A DNA stretch of 63,989 nucleotides, counting the filler, from Acidimicrobiia bacterium (GTDB lineage Bacteria; Actinomycetota; Acidimicrobiia; Spongiisociales; CAZKJJ01), in the NCBI GenBank assembly GCA_046759765.1. It is 16 parts of 16 records of this genome, joined end to end, with 100 filler letters (N's around TTAATTAATTAA, not from the genome) between each part and the next. Parts side by side here need not be neighbours in the genome. Positions count along the whole stretch, not along the records: positions 50,173 to 53,919 come from JBHICV010000202.1; positions 54,020 to 57,766 come from JBHICV010000203.1; positions 57,867 to 61,581 come from JBHICV010000204.1; 13 more parts are not named here. One strand, written 5' to 3'. This document shows, piece after piece, positions 51,714-61,681 of this stretch (the stretch's first letter is position 1; every line of letters begins with the position of its first letter). The position numbers and the translations under genes are program-made. The notes under the pieces were generated by a model. It ran no database searches and was not told the DNA's origin. It was given only the letters and a program-made list of their open reading frames with translations.

Positions 51714-52271
51714 GTGGCTGAAGATGCCAGGGCTCGGTGGAACCGTCGCTGGCGCGAGGACCAGTTGCGTTCCGAGCCGTCGGGGTATCTGCTCTCGGTG
51801 GCCCATCTCCTTCCCGCGTCTGGTCGGGCCTTGGACGTGGCCGGCGGGGCGGGCCGCAACGCCTTCTTCCTCGCGGAACACGGCTTAGACGTCACGCTCC
51901 TCGACATCTCGGCCGTGGCGGTGGAGCTAGCTCAGACCGAATCCGCCCGACGGGGCTTGGCGGTCGCGGCACTGGAGTTAGATCTCGAAGCACAGCCCTT
52001 ACCCGATAGCCCGTGGGACGTAATACTTGTTTTTCACTACCTCCAGCGCAGCCTGTTCCCGGCGCTGATCGAAGCGTTGTCCCCCAAGGGGTTGCTGGTC
52101 TGCGAGCTCGCCACGGTCAGGAACCTCGAGCGACACGATCGTCCCTCGCTTCCTTATCTTCTCGAGGAAGGCGAGCTCCTCGCTCTCATACCCGGCCTTG
52201 AGGTCCTTGACCACTCAGAGCGGTGGACGGAGGAAGGCCGGCATGAGGCTCGGGTCACAGCTACCAGGTAG
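51714..52271 (+). CDS. class I SAM-dependent methyltransferase (TehB-like)
   Basis: ALDVAGGAGRNA, DIS. Confidence 0.85.
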   Translation: MAEDARARWNRRWREDQLRSEPSGYLLSVAHLLPASGRALDVAGGAGRNAFFLAEHGLDVTLLDISAVAVELAQTESARRGLAVAALELDLEAQPLPDSPWDVILVFHYLQRSLFPALIEALSPKGLLVCELATVRNLERHDRPSLPYLLEEGELLALIPGLEVLDHSERWTEEGRHEARVTATR

Positions 52272-52349
52272 TTAGGCGAGTGCGACAAAACCAACCTTTT
52301 GGGCGCCGCACTCTCGGTGGTCGTGATACCGTAGATCCAACGGAAGCAT

Positions 52350-53027
52350 TTGGGGGGCCGAGCGTTGGCGGAGTCGCTCGCCGCATCCGAAGACTGGGAG
52401 CCGTCGGCAAGCGGCGGTGTTACGTCGCGGGCCGAACCCCTGCTCACGATCGAGCCGTTTGTTGGCTGGCGCCGATGGTCGGTCGTTCCCTATGGCAAGC
52501 AGTACGCGCCGGTGCTGGCCAGCACGATTCTGGGTCATCGCTGGGGAGAGAGTCGGCACCGTGCGTTCTGCACACCTTTGGATAACGAAGAACCGCCGAC
52601 ACAGACACATCGTGCCCCCGACCCCGACTGCACTTGTGGGGTCTATGCCTACAAGGGGCCCCTGAGCGAAATCTGGTCCGGAATCGGCCTGTGGGCCGAG
52701 GGGCATGTGATGTTATGGGGCCGGGTGCTGGAAGGCCGCCTGGGTTACCGAGCGGAGCAGGCCCAGATCATGGCACCGCTCTCGGTACGGATCCGGTGCG
52801 AACCGGAACCGGGTGTTCCCGGCTGGAGCGGAATTCTTTGCCAGCGGCGACCTACGACGGTTGTCTTCCAAGAGAGAGCCTTCGTTCCGCTCTGCGAGTA
52901 TCACCGCAAAGGTAAGAACGGCGCCTACGAACTCGCGTCGGATGCCTTCGGCGTGATGGTGCGGAAGGAATTGCGCGACCGATACGGCACGGAGGTCTAT
53001 TGGAGGGGGTCAGGCGAATGGACATAG
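52350..53027 (+). CDS. Cys/His-rich hypothetical protein, possible ADP-ribosyltransferase-like fold (start uncertain)
   Basis: GWRRW, C..H.AP...CTCGVYA, WG.VLEG..GYRA motifs. Confidence 0.65.
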   Translation: MGGRALAESLAASEDWEPSASGGVTSRAEPLLTIEPFVGWRRWSVVPYGKQYAPVLASTILGHRWGESRHRAFCTPLDNEEPPTQTHRAPDPDCTCGVYAYKGPLSEIWSGIGLWAEGHVMLWGRVLEGRLGYRAEQAQIMAPLSVRIRCEPEPGVPGWSGILCQRRPTTVVFQERAFVPLCEYHRKGKNGAYELASDAFGVMVRKELRDRYGTEVYWRGSGEWT

Positions 53028-53128
53028 GCGAGATCGAGAGGATCTGGGAAGTCGAGCCGATCGATATCCCAGTCGAACCTGAGCGGGAGCCGGCGCCGGA
53101 AGAGCCGGCCGAAGAGCCAGTCGAATAA
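53018..53128 (+). CDS. 36-aa acidic Pro/Glu-rich peptide MDIGEIERIWEVEPIDIPVEPEREPAPEEPAEEPVE
   Basis: ATG 53018 preceded by GGAGGGGG, overlaps the upstream stop, TAA at 53126-53128; below the ORF-track cutoff. Confidence 0.75.
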   Translation: MDIGEIERIWEVEPIDIPVEPEREPAPEEPAEEPVE

Positions 53129-53165
53129 ACGGCCGCAGAGCGGCCTTCGTCCTCGACCTCGCGCG

Positions 53166-53919
53166 CTACCGAAGCCGCGCCGGCGCTAGGTCCTCGGCCT
53201 CCAGCCCCCCCTCTTTGACGTCGGGAGGGAGCCCGCCCTCAGTGACCAGGCCAGCCAGAGCTCTTGCGGAAGCGGGAGACGTCATGATGCCAAACCCTCC
53301 CTGTCCCGCCAGCCAGAAGAAGCCGGGCAGCTCGTCATCAGCACCTATGACGGGTATTCGGTCGGCCACGAAGGACCTGAGCCCGGCCCATGCGCTGTGA
53401 ACGTGACGGATGGGAAAAGTGACGGCCGCTGAGATCCTTTTGATCGCAAGGGCAACATCCCGCTCCGTATGACTTACGTCGTGGGGCTCCATCGGGGTCT
53501 CCTCGGACAAGGAGCCCAAGAACCCGACTCCCTCCGGCTTGAAGTACCACTGTTCGTCGACATCGTTGATGAAGGGCAGGCCGCGCACGTCGACGCCTTC
53601 GGGCGCCGGGAACGTAAAAGCGGTGCGTCGCATCGGCTGAAGCCCGACGGGACGGGCACCCGCTAAGCGAGCAACTTCGTCACACCAGGCACCAGCGGCG
53701 TTCACGACGACGCCCGTGTCCCAGCGACCTGAACTCGTTGTCAACGTCCAGCCATTGCGCGTCTGCTCCAGGGCAACAACCTGTGAGCTGGGTTGAATCG
53801 ACGTTCCCAGCCGGCGGGCGCCGCGGACGAAGCCCTGGTGTAGAGCGTGAACGTCGATCTCCCTGGCGTCGGGCTCGAAGACCCCGGCTCCCACATAGGA
53901 AGGCTTGAGCACCGGGCAG
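53166..53919 (-). CDS. FAD-dependent oxidoreductase, DAO family (5' truncated)
   Basis: VVNAAGAW, WAGLRSF..D..PVIG, AGQGGFGI. Confidence 0.88.
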
Positions 53920-54019
53920 NNNNNNNNNNNNNNNNNNNNNNNNNNNNNNNNNNNNNNNNNNNNTTAATTAATTAANNNNNNNNNNNNNNNNNNNNNNNNN
54001 NNNNNNNNNNNNNNNNNNN

Positions 54020-54769
54020 GCCAAGCTCTACCTCCTCGTCCACGAGGGCGACGAAGCCAAGGCCGAGTTCATCCGGTCCAACCTCAGGCTGGTCATCTCG
54101 ATCGCCAAGCGCTACACCGGCCGTGGGCTCGACCTGCTGGACCTGGTCCAAGAGGGAAACCTGGGGCTGATCCGAGCAGTCGAGAAGTTCGATTGGCGCA
54201 AGGGCTTCAAGTTCTCCACCTACGCCACCTGGTGGATCCGCCAGGCCATCACCCGGGGCCTGGGGAACCAGGGGCGGACGATCCGCCTCCCCGTTCACAT
54301 GGTGGATGTGGTCAGAACCGTTCAGGAGACGGCCATCGCCCTTTCCGAGAAGTTACGACGGCCAGCCACGGTCGAGGAGATCGCCGAGGCCAGCGGGCTC
54401 GAAGCGGAGCGGGTTCGGGTGGCGCTCGAAGCGCCCGGGGACACCGTCTCCCTAGACCGGCCGGTGGGGACCGAGGGGGACGCCGAGCTGAGCGATTTCG
54501 TGGAGGACGACGACGCCATCGATCCCTTCCTGGTGGCGGCCGAGACAACCCTCCGCAACCAGCTGGAAGAGGCGATGGAGTTCCTGGACGAGAATGAGCG
54601 GAACGTGATCGAGCTGCGCTATGGACTCGACGGCAGCAAGCCCCGCACCCTCTCCGACGTCGGAAACCTGTTCGACCTGACCAGGGAGCGGATCCGGCAG
54701 ATCGAAGGCCGCGCCCTGGCCAAGCTCCGCCACCCCTCCTGCTCGTTCGACCTGGACTCACTGCTCTGA
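54020..54769 (+). CDS. second RpoD-like (group 1/2) sigma-70 factor (5' truncated)
   Basis: [34 protein letters not shown]. Confidence 0.9.
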   Translation, partial: AKLYLLVHEGDEAKAEFIRSNLRLVISIAKRYTGRGLDLLDLVQEGNLGLIRAVEKFDWRKGFKFSTYATWWIRQAITRGLGNQGRTIRLPVHMVDVVRTVQETAIALSEKLRRPATVEEIAEASGLEAERVRVALEAPGDTVSLDRPVGTEGDAELSDFVEDDDAIDPFLVAAETTLRNQLEEAMEFLDENERNVIELRYGLDGSKPRTLSDVGNLFDLTRERIRQIEGRALAKLRHPSCSFDLDSLL

Positions 54770-54950
54770 GGGGAGCCGCGCTACAAGGTCCGTCGCCCAA
54801 GAGCGAACCGCTGCCCGGAACTCAAAGTCACTCCCGAGAGGCAGTGGGCCTCACCCACCCCTCGCGTGGATGGCCGGAGAGTGCGCGGCGGGGTCTGATA
54901 TAGTCCGACAGCTACTCACTTCCCCTCGTCTCGACTCTGGGAGGGTGAGA

Positions 54951-55556
54951 ATGCCTGTGCCTGTGACTCTCAGCCAGGAATTTGACGAAGTGATTCGTCC
55001 CTGGAAGCTTCTCGAGCACCCGTTCTACCGGGCCTGGACCGCAGGAACCCTTCCCATCGAGGCTCTTCGGAGCTACGCCCGAGAGTATGGGGCGTTCATC
55101 GCGCGCCTCGCCGACGGCTGGAAGAGCGTTGGAAACACTCAGCATGCCGACGAAGAGCGCCAGCACGCCGCGCTCTGGGAAGATTTCGTAGAAGCCCTTG
55201 GCGCTCAGGTCGGCGAGCCGGCTATCCCTGAGGTCAAGTCCTTGCTAGAGACCTGCGATGACCTCTTCAACGAGCCGGACCAAGCCTGGGGGGCCCTCTA
55301 TGCGTTCGAGGCCCAGCAGCCGGCGACGAGCGCTTCAAAGCTCGCAGGTCTCGCCGCCTTCTACGACCTCCCGACGAGAGCTGGGGCGTACTTCGAAGTC
55401 CATGCCAACGACACATATGAAGCCGACATGATCATCGAGCACCTCCGGGGTGCCACCGAGGAGGCCCGCCACGCGGCCCTCCGTGCCTGCCGCACGATGG
55501 CCGAGTCGCTGTGGAACGCGCTCAGCGGCGTTCATGCGCTCTACTGTCCCAACTGA
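54951..55556 (+). CDS. CADD/PqqC-like heme-oxygenase-fold diiron enzyme
   Basis: LLEHPFYRAW..G.L, DEE..H..LW, LYAFEAQQP..S.SK..GL, YFEVH. Confidence 0.8.
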   Translation: MPVPVTLSQEFDEVIRPWKLLEHPFYRAWTAGTLPIEALRSYAREYGAFIARLADGWKSVGNTQHADEERQHAALWEDFVEALGAQVGEPAIPEVKSLLETCDDLFNEPDQAWGALYAFEAQQPATSASKLAGLAAFYDLPTRAGAYFEVHANDTYEADMIIEHLRGATEEARHAALRACRTMAESLWNALSGVHALYCPN

Positions 55557-55560
55557 ATCG

Positions 55561-55730
55561 GGCGGAGCAACCCCTACTGCTTTCGGCAGGCAGCTCACTT
55601 CGAGCCGGTGAGACCGGCGATCGGAGAGGGAATTGCCTTGGCCCAACGAGACTGCACGATAAGCGCCCGATAGAGGATGTGCGCGCCTGCCAGCCGGAAG
55701 GTGGGTGGCTCAGATCGAGTGGGCTGTGAG
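55561..55730. ncRNA. candidate structured non-coding RNA
   Basis: long-range stem 55591-55603/55715-55726 enclosing several hairpins in a gap between convergent genes. Confidence 0.35.
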
Positions 55731-55732
55731 GC

Positions 55733-56956
55733 TCAGGCGCCCAGCCCGTACCACTCGAAGTGGCCGGGGTCCGGGTTGATCCAGTCGTGTCCGGAGGTGA
55801 TTCCCATCGCTTCCATCGTCTCAAGAAGCACCGGAGCGATCGGGGAGCCCGGCCCTTCGAGGGGGTTGCCGAAGTTGATGTCGGCGGCGACGCCCCAGGC
55901 GTGTCTGGAGAGATCTCGCCTCCCCCTGATGAACCGCGGGTTCCAGCACCCCTTGAATGCGCTGGGATCGATGACCCCGTCCAGCCCGGCGGCGTCGAGA
56001 CGCTCCATGACCTGCCGCAGCAGGTCCGCGAAGTCGCGGTGGCAGGTGACGTTGCCGAGGAGCGGCAGCTCGACCGTGACGATGTTGGCGGAGACCCAGT
56101 CTGGATCGATCCCGAAGCGCTGATCGTCCCCGGGCCTGTAGGCGAACTCACCAAAGCGCTCCTTGATGGCGATCTGGGAGCGGACGGGATCGGCGTGGCG
56201 GAGGATCGGGATCTCGCCTTCTGCCCAAACCCGCACGGGCTGCTCGGTGAGGACGGCGAGCGCGGATTCGAGATCGCGGCGGCTGCCCTCATAGCGAAGA
56301 ATGGCGTAGCGGGCGCGATCAGCGCCCAGTGGAACGGGGTCCGATCTCGTAGTGACCAACTCGGCAGCACCGATCCATTCATCATCGATCACCGCCGCAA
56401 CGGTGACGGAAGTGCCGTCTTCGAGTGTGAGGGTGGCTCCCAGGCCGAGACGTCGGAGGCGGGCCGACGAGCGACCGAGGGCGACCTCGTCGTCGGCCAG
56501 TCCGGCGAGGAGGGCGGCCACCTGGGGTGGAACGAACTCTGCATGGCTGACCGGGTCGATACCTTGGAGCTCGACCGGGATGACGAACCCTTCCGGCGCC
56601 CGGTCGACCACCGTGCCGTCTTCGGTCATCGTCTCGACGACATGGGCATTGCCGACCCAAACGACCGAGACCACATCGACGCCGGAAACCTCACGCAGAC
56701 CCTCAGCGAATCCCTCGGGAAGCCAACCGGTGACCCAGACGAGATACCAATCACCCCTCGGCAGCGCAGCGCTGCTCGGGGCCGTAGTGGTCCCAGAAGC
56801 CCGAGACGACGGCGCCGACGTGACCGACGGCCTGACCTCGGACGAACTCGGTCCGGTGGCATCCTCAGTCGCAGCGTTGCTGCACGCGCCGACAACCAGC
56901 AACACCACGATGACCGCAAAACAAAAGCGCCGCACAAGGCCGGCCCCTGTCCACAC
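55733..56956 (-). CDS. M15 family D-Ala-D-Ala carboxypeptidase-like lipoprotein
   Basis: VGAC lipobox; SRHAWGVAADIN and DPGHFE zinc motifs. Confidence 0.85.
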   Translation of the reverse strand: MWTGAGLVRRFCFAVIVVLLVVGACSNAATEDATGPSSSEVRPSVTSAPSSRASGTTTAPSSAALPRGDWYLVWVTGWLPEGFAEGLREVSGVDVVSVVWVGNAHVVETMTEDGTVVDRAPEGFVIPVELQGIDPVSHAEFVPPQVAALLAGLADDEVALGRSSARLRRLGLGATLTLEDGTSVTVAAVIDDEWIGAAELVTTRSDPVPLGADRARYAILRYEGSRRDLESALAVLTEQPVRVWAEGEIPILRHADPVRSQIAIKERFGEFAYRPGDDQRFGIDPDWVSANIVTVELPLLGNVTCHRDFADLLRQVMERLDAAGLDGVIDPSAFKGCWNPRFIRGRRDLSRHAWGVAADINFGNPLEGPGSPIAPVLLETMEAMGITSGHDWINPDPGHFEWYGLGA

Positions 56957-57103
56957 CCTCTCATCCCACCACAGTCACCACCGGCGGCCAAGGCCCCGCA
57001 CCCTAAAAGCACGAACTAGCCAGCGACATGCACGTCGTCGTTCTGGCCGACCAGCTATGCGGAGGTCCCTCAGACCCGTCCCGACGAGCGTAAGGCTACG
57101 GAG

Positions 57104-57649
57104 TCATGCGTGGGCAGTGATGACCAGCTCTTTGCGATGACGTTCGACTCGGGCGTCGCTGAAGCCGGCCCCGATGAGGCGTTCGGTGAGTGCCTCCGCT
57201 TCTGGCGTCGTGAGGCCGTGGCTGCGCCGGCTGTGGTGCTCCACGACGAGGAACCGACCGTCGGGTCGGAGCACCCGCAGAGCCTCGGCGATACCGGCGG
57301 ACTGTTCGGACCAGTGATGGAACGCGTGGACGGTCCACACCCGATCGAAGGTAGCCGCGGCGAACGGTAAAGCTTCTGCCGATCCCACCTGATATTCGAC
57401 GTTGGTCATATCTCCAGAACGTCGTGCTGCGATGCGGACCATGGCAGCGGAGTTGTCGACGCCGACGGCCCGCCGCACGAGCGGTGCGGCCGCCCGAACT
57501 GCGGCGCCCGGACCACAGCCCACGTCTAGCGTCACATGATCTGGGGCCGGCTCGGCGAGTTCGACTACCAGCCGGTTCGACCTCGGGTTGCGACCAAAGA
57601 GCGCATACAACTCGGCCTGGATCCTGGACCACGGGCTCGCTTCCGCCAT
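57104..57649 (-). CDS. class I SAM-dependent methyltransferase
   Basis: LDVGCGPG, AEALPF...FD, HHW, RVLRP.G. Confidence 0.88.
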   Translation of the reverse strand: MAEASPWSRIQAELYALFGRNPRSNRLVVELAEPAPDHVTLDVGCGPGAAVRAAAPLVRRAVGVDNSAAMVRIAARRSGDMTNVEYQVGSAEALPFAAATFDRVWTVHAFHHWSEQSAGIAEALRVLRPDGRFLVVEHHSRRSHGLTTPEAEALTERLIGAGFSDARVERHRKELVITAHA

Positions 57650-57866
57650 GCCACCATTGTGGTGCTTCTCGCTCACTCGACCTCACAACCCGGCGGCCGG
57701 CGGCCGGTGACGGTCGGGTAGGGAGCTGGCGCGGTGGCGGTTGTTGACCGGTAGGCCCGGCTGCCGNNNNNNNNNNNNNNNNNNNNNNNNNNNNNNNNNN
57801 NNNNNNNNNNTTAATTAATTAANNNNNNNNNNNNNNNNNNNNNNNNNNNNNNNNNNNNNNNNNNNN

Positions 57867-59759
57867 TCTTCCATCGACGTGACGCGTGGCGATACCGTAG
57901 AAGTGACCGGGATCTTTCGAGACGCAATGGGTGGTCGCATCTCCGGTGTGATGTGGGGGGTCACCGACGAGGCGGCTATCTTCGACGTACAGCCGATCAA
58001 GGACACCAAACCGGACACCTATTTGCTCCGCGGTGTTGCTCCAGGCGAGGGCGAGCTGGGCGTTTGGCTGGCGCTGCCCGCCGGCAGTTCGTTCGAGTGG
58101 AAACAGCTGAGCGCGGTTCCGGTCCGCGTGAGAGAGTGGCCGGCGGCTCGAATCGAGATCGATCCTCTTGCCTATCGGCCCTACGCTGAGAGCGCCTTCC
58201 GACTCACTGGTCGTGTGATTACCACGCACGAGACGGAGCACGTCACCGCGGTCATCTCGTGGTCGAGCGGCGACCCTGAGATCATCTCCCTCACCAGCGA
58301 GGGTGGGGCCACGCTCCTGAGACCCGGCCGTGGCGAGATCCGGGCCGAGGCTGAGGGAGTGGCCTCTGTTCTCGAGCTCGAGGTGCTGACTAACCCGGTC
58401 GCCGGCATCGGACTCCGGTTGCAGCGCGCAGAGGTTCGAACCGGCGATGTGGTCCGCCTGGAGCCGAAAGTCACCGATCAGGCGGGCCGACTGTTGAGCG
58501 ATGTCCAGGTGGCGTATTCGGTTTCCGCTGTCGATGGCCCAAGTGGCGGAGCGGTCGTCGAGGGCGATGGCGCCTTCGTGGCTAACAAGCCGGGGATTTA
58601 CCAGGTGATCGCTACGGCGGGCGGTCGCTCTGCTTCAGATCTTATCACGGCATCGCCGCGCGGCGGCGATCGAGCCGCCAAGCTCATCGGACGGGGGCCT
58701 GTCGCACATGTCGAGACCAGCGACCTGTGGGTTTTCGAGGGACGTGACGGCCGGGATTACGCCTACACCGGCACCCATATCGGCGGTGGCGGCCAACGGA
58801 TGTTCGTCTGGGATGTCACCGACCCGACGAGCCCGGTGCTCACCGACTCTGTGGTCGTCGATGCCAGGGCGGTGAACGACGTCAAGGTCAATGAGGATGC
58901 GACGATCGCGGTCATCACGCGTGAGGGCGCCAGCAATCGCCGCAACGGGATCGTGCTGCTGGACCTCAGCGAGCCGGCGCACCCCACTGTCCTCTCGGAA
59001 TTCACCGATAGCCTGACCGGTGGTGTTCACAACACCTGGATCAACGGGGAGATTGTGTACGCTATCAACGACGGCACCAACGCGGTACACATCATCGACA
59101 TCGCCGACCCAGCGCACCCGAGGCACGTAGGTCGGTGGGAGCTGAGGCCGGGAGAACAGAACAAGTACCTTCATGACATATGGGTCAAGGACGGGCTGGC
59201 CTACGTATCGTACTGGGACGACGGCCTCGTGATCCTCGACGTGGGCGCCGGCCTAAAGGGTGGCACTCCCCACGAGCCGAAGTTCGTCTCACTATACAAG
59301 TATCCCGTCGGTAATACGCACGTGGCGTTCCGGTATCGGGACTACGTCTTCGTCGGCGATGAGTTCCTGACCTGCCCCGACTGCATCAATGGTCCACGGG
59401 GCTACATCCACGTGATCGATGTGAGCGATATCGACGCGCCGAACGAGGTCGCCCGCTTCGAGGTCCCCGAAGCAGGTGCACATAACATTTGGGTGGAGGA
59501 CGATCTCCTGTACATCGCGTACTATCAGGGCGGTCTCCGGGTCGTTGATGTCTCGGGCGAGCTGAGGGGCGACCTTTACGCCCAAGGGCGCCAGGTCGGC
59601 TGGTTCCATTCTGGGGGCCAGGTGGGCGAGGCGTTTCGACCCAACTCACCGATGGCCTGGGGGCCACAGCCCCACAAGGGCTACATATTCTTCTCCGATC
59701 ACTTCAGCGGATTGTGGGTCGTACAGGTGGGGCCGCCGAAGGACGCGCTGGTGCCATGA
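57867..59759 (+). CDS. Ig-like + LVIVD-repeat beta-propeller protein (5' truncated)
   Basis: WSSGDP Ig-like module; repeats WDVTDP, LDLSEP, IDIADP, IDVSD, VVDVS; periodic HN/HD. Confidence 0.8.
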   Translation, partial: SSIDVTRGDTVEVTGIFRDAMGGRISGVMWGVTDEAAIFDVQPIKDTKPDTYLLRGVAPGEGELGVWLALPAGSSFEWKQLSAVPVRVREWPAARIEIDPLAYRPYAESAFRLTGRVITTHETEHVTAVISWSSGDPEIISLTSEGGATLLRPGRGEIRAEAEGVASVLELEVLTNPVAGIGLRLQRAEVRTGDVVRLEPKVTDQAGRLLSDVQVAYSVSAVDGPSGGAVVEGDGAFVANKPGIYQVIATAGGRSASDLITASPRGGDRAAKLIGRGPVAHVETSDLWVFEGRDGRDYAYTGTHIGGGGQRMFVWDVTDPTSPVLTDSVVVDARAVNDVKVNEDATIAVITREGASNRRNGIVLLDLSEPAHPTVLSEFTDSLTGGVHNTWINGEIVYAINDGTNAVHIIDIADPAHPRHVGRWELRPGEQNKYLHDIWVKDGLAYVSYWDDGLVILDVGAGLKGGTPHEPKFVSLYKYPVGNTHVAFRYRDYVFVGDEFLTCPDCINGPRGYIHVIDVSDIDAPNEVARFEVPEAGAHNIWVEDDLLYIAYYQGGLRVVDVSGELRGDLYAQGRQVGWFHSGGQVGEAFRPNSPMAWGPQPHKGYIFFSDHFSGLWVVQVGPPKDALVP

Positions 59760-60910
59760 AACAACTAGCTGGCATACACGTGGGCGGTCTTCTTGTCGCC
59801 GCAGCGGTGGCGGCCATCGCTCGTCCGGTGCTGCCCGCGGACCCAGCCGATCCCTATTATGCCCAGTTGGCCCCTCCCGCTGCCCGCTACTGGGTCTACG
59901 TGGCGAACGAGTCTTCCGACCTGGTAAGCCTTCTCCGGTTCGGTCCGGAGGGTGCGGTTCTAGAGAAAGACATTCCGGTCGGGATCATGCCCACCGATAT
60001 CGATGGGGCGCATGGCCTAACCGTTGCGCCTGACGGCGGCCACTTCTACGTATCGATCGCCCATGGCACGCCGTTCGGCAGACTGTGGAAGTTCGAGACC
60101 GGGACCGATCTGTTGGCCGACAGCCTCACGCTCGGGCTTTTCCCGGCCACCATCGGGATCACACCCGACGCTGCATTAGCCTTCGTCGTCAACTTCAACC
60201 TGCACGGTGACCCCATCCCGTCCTCGGTCTCCGCCGTTTTCCTGCCCGGGATGGTCGAGGTGGCTCGGATCGAGACCTGTGTGAAGCCCCATGGGAGTCG
60301 GGTGAATCGTGAGGGCACCTTCGCCTACTCCGTTTGCGTGGCGGACGATCAGCTGGTCGGGATCTCGATCGAGGCGTTGCAGGTGAGCCGCCGTCTCTTC
60401 CTAGCGCCCGGCCGTGAGCGTATCCTGGACGGTCCAGAGCTTGCCTCGGAGCCGGGTGCCGCCCGTTGTGGTCCGACCTGGGTCATCCCGTCGCACGATG
60501 ACCAGGCCCTCTATGTGGCGTGCAACGCTTACGGTGAGGTGCTGGAGATAGATTCCGAGACCTTCGAGATCACGCGGAGATTCAGGTCCGGTAAGGGCCC
60601 CTACAATCTCGCGGCCACGTCGGATGGTCGGTTTCTGCTGGCCACTAACAAGGGAGAGCAGTCCGTCAGCGTATTCGACTTGCGATCGGGTGAGAAGGTC
60701 GCGCGGATCCCAACAACACAGCCGATCACCCATGGCATCACGATCTCTTCGGACGACCGCTACGCCTTCGTCTCGAACGAAGCTATCGGCGCAGTTCGAG
60801 GGACCGTGGACGTCATCGATCTTGCTGAGCCGAGGCTCGTCGCGTCTGTTCAGGTGCATCATCAGCCGGGCGGCATCGACTTCTGGAAGATGGAACCGTT
60901 GGATAACTAA
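59756..60910 (+). CDS. YncE/YVTN-type beta-propeller protein
   Basis: YVANESSD.VS, PHG, PYN, THG repeats; ATGA overlap with the upstream gene. Confidence 0.8.
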   Translation: MKQLAGIHVGGLLVAAAVAAIARPVLPADPADPYYAQLAPPAARYWVYVANESSDLVSLLRFGPEGAVLEKDIPVGIMPTDIDGAHGLTVAPDGGHFYVSIAHGTPFGRLWKFETGTDLLADSLTLGLFPATIGITPDAALAFVVNFNLHGDPIPSSVSAVFLPGMVEVARIETCVKPHGSRVNREGTFAYSVCVADDQLVGISIEALQVSRRLFLAPGRERILDGPELASEPGAARCGPTWVIPSHDDQALYVACNAYGEVLEIDSETFEITRRFRSGKGPYNLAATSDGRFLLATNKGEQSVSVFDLRSGEKVARIPTTQPITHGITISSDDRYAFVSNEAIGAVRGTVDVIDLAEPRLVASVQVHHQPGGIDFWKMEPLDN

Positions 60911-61063
60911 CGGTGACCCTCCGACAACAGGTATCTCAACACCTACTAACGCTACGCCACGTTGGCTGCGCGTCTTCCTCTTTGGTCTATATCTTGCGAG
61001 TGCATGAGATGGGTGGCGCCTGTGCAGGCCGCCGCTTTGAGATTCTAGGAAGGAGACTTCTTT

Positions 61064-61581
61064 ATGGATCTCCTGAGTCGAGAGGAACTCCGGCTTCTGA
61101 TGGAGGAGCGCCGATCGCCTTGTGTTTCAATCTACATGCCCACACATCGAACTGGCTCCGCGAGCCAGCAGGACCCAATCCGCTTCAAGAATCTAGCCCG
61201 TAGTGCAGAAGAACGTCTGATTGACGGTGGTCTTAGGAGTTCAGAGGCCCGGCGGATACTTGGTCCCGCCCGGCGGCTGATGGCGGATGACCTCTTCTGG
61301 CGACATCAGAGCGGCGGCCTCGCCGCGTTCTCGGCTCCCGAAAGGTTTAGCTGTTACCGCTTGCCTCTCGATTTCGACGAACTGGTCGTCGTCACGGACC
61401 GATTCCACATCAAGCCTCTCCTTCGGCTGCTGAGCGGCGATGGACGGTTCTATATCCTGGCTCTGAGTCAAAAGCAGGTCAGGCTCCTTCAGGGCACGCG
61501 GCACAAGGTCAGTGAGGTTGACCTAAAGGGTATGCCGCGTGGGCTCTCGGACGCACTGCAGTACGACAACTTGGAGAAGCA
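61064..61581 (+). CDS. bacterial archaeo-eukaryotic release factor-like (baeRF) protein (3' truncated)
   Basis: CVSIYMPTH, IRFKNL, FW..GLA.F, FHIKPLL, FYILALS..VRLL.G. Confidence 0.75.
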
Positions 61582-61681
61582 NNNNNNNNNNNNNNNNNNN
61601 NNNNNNNNNNNNNNNNNNNNNNNNNTTAATTAATTAANNNNNNNNNNNNNNNNNNNNNNNNNNNNNNNNNNNNNNNNNNNN

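Noticed and set aside
54770..54950. Riboswitch upstream of the CADD-like gene
   Set aside because: No recognisable THF, ZTP, TPP or SAM consensus seen by eye.
55760..57140. Long antisense ORFs here and at e.g. 2171-3151, 21854-22825, 40892-42007
   Set aside because: Expected shadow ORFs in high-GC DNA opposite well-supported genes; no motifs.
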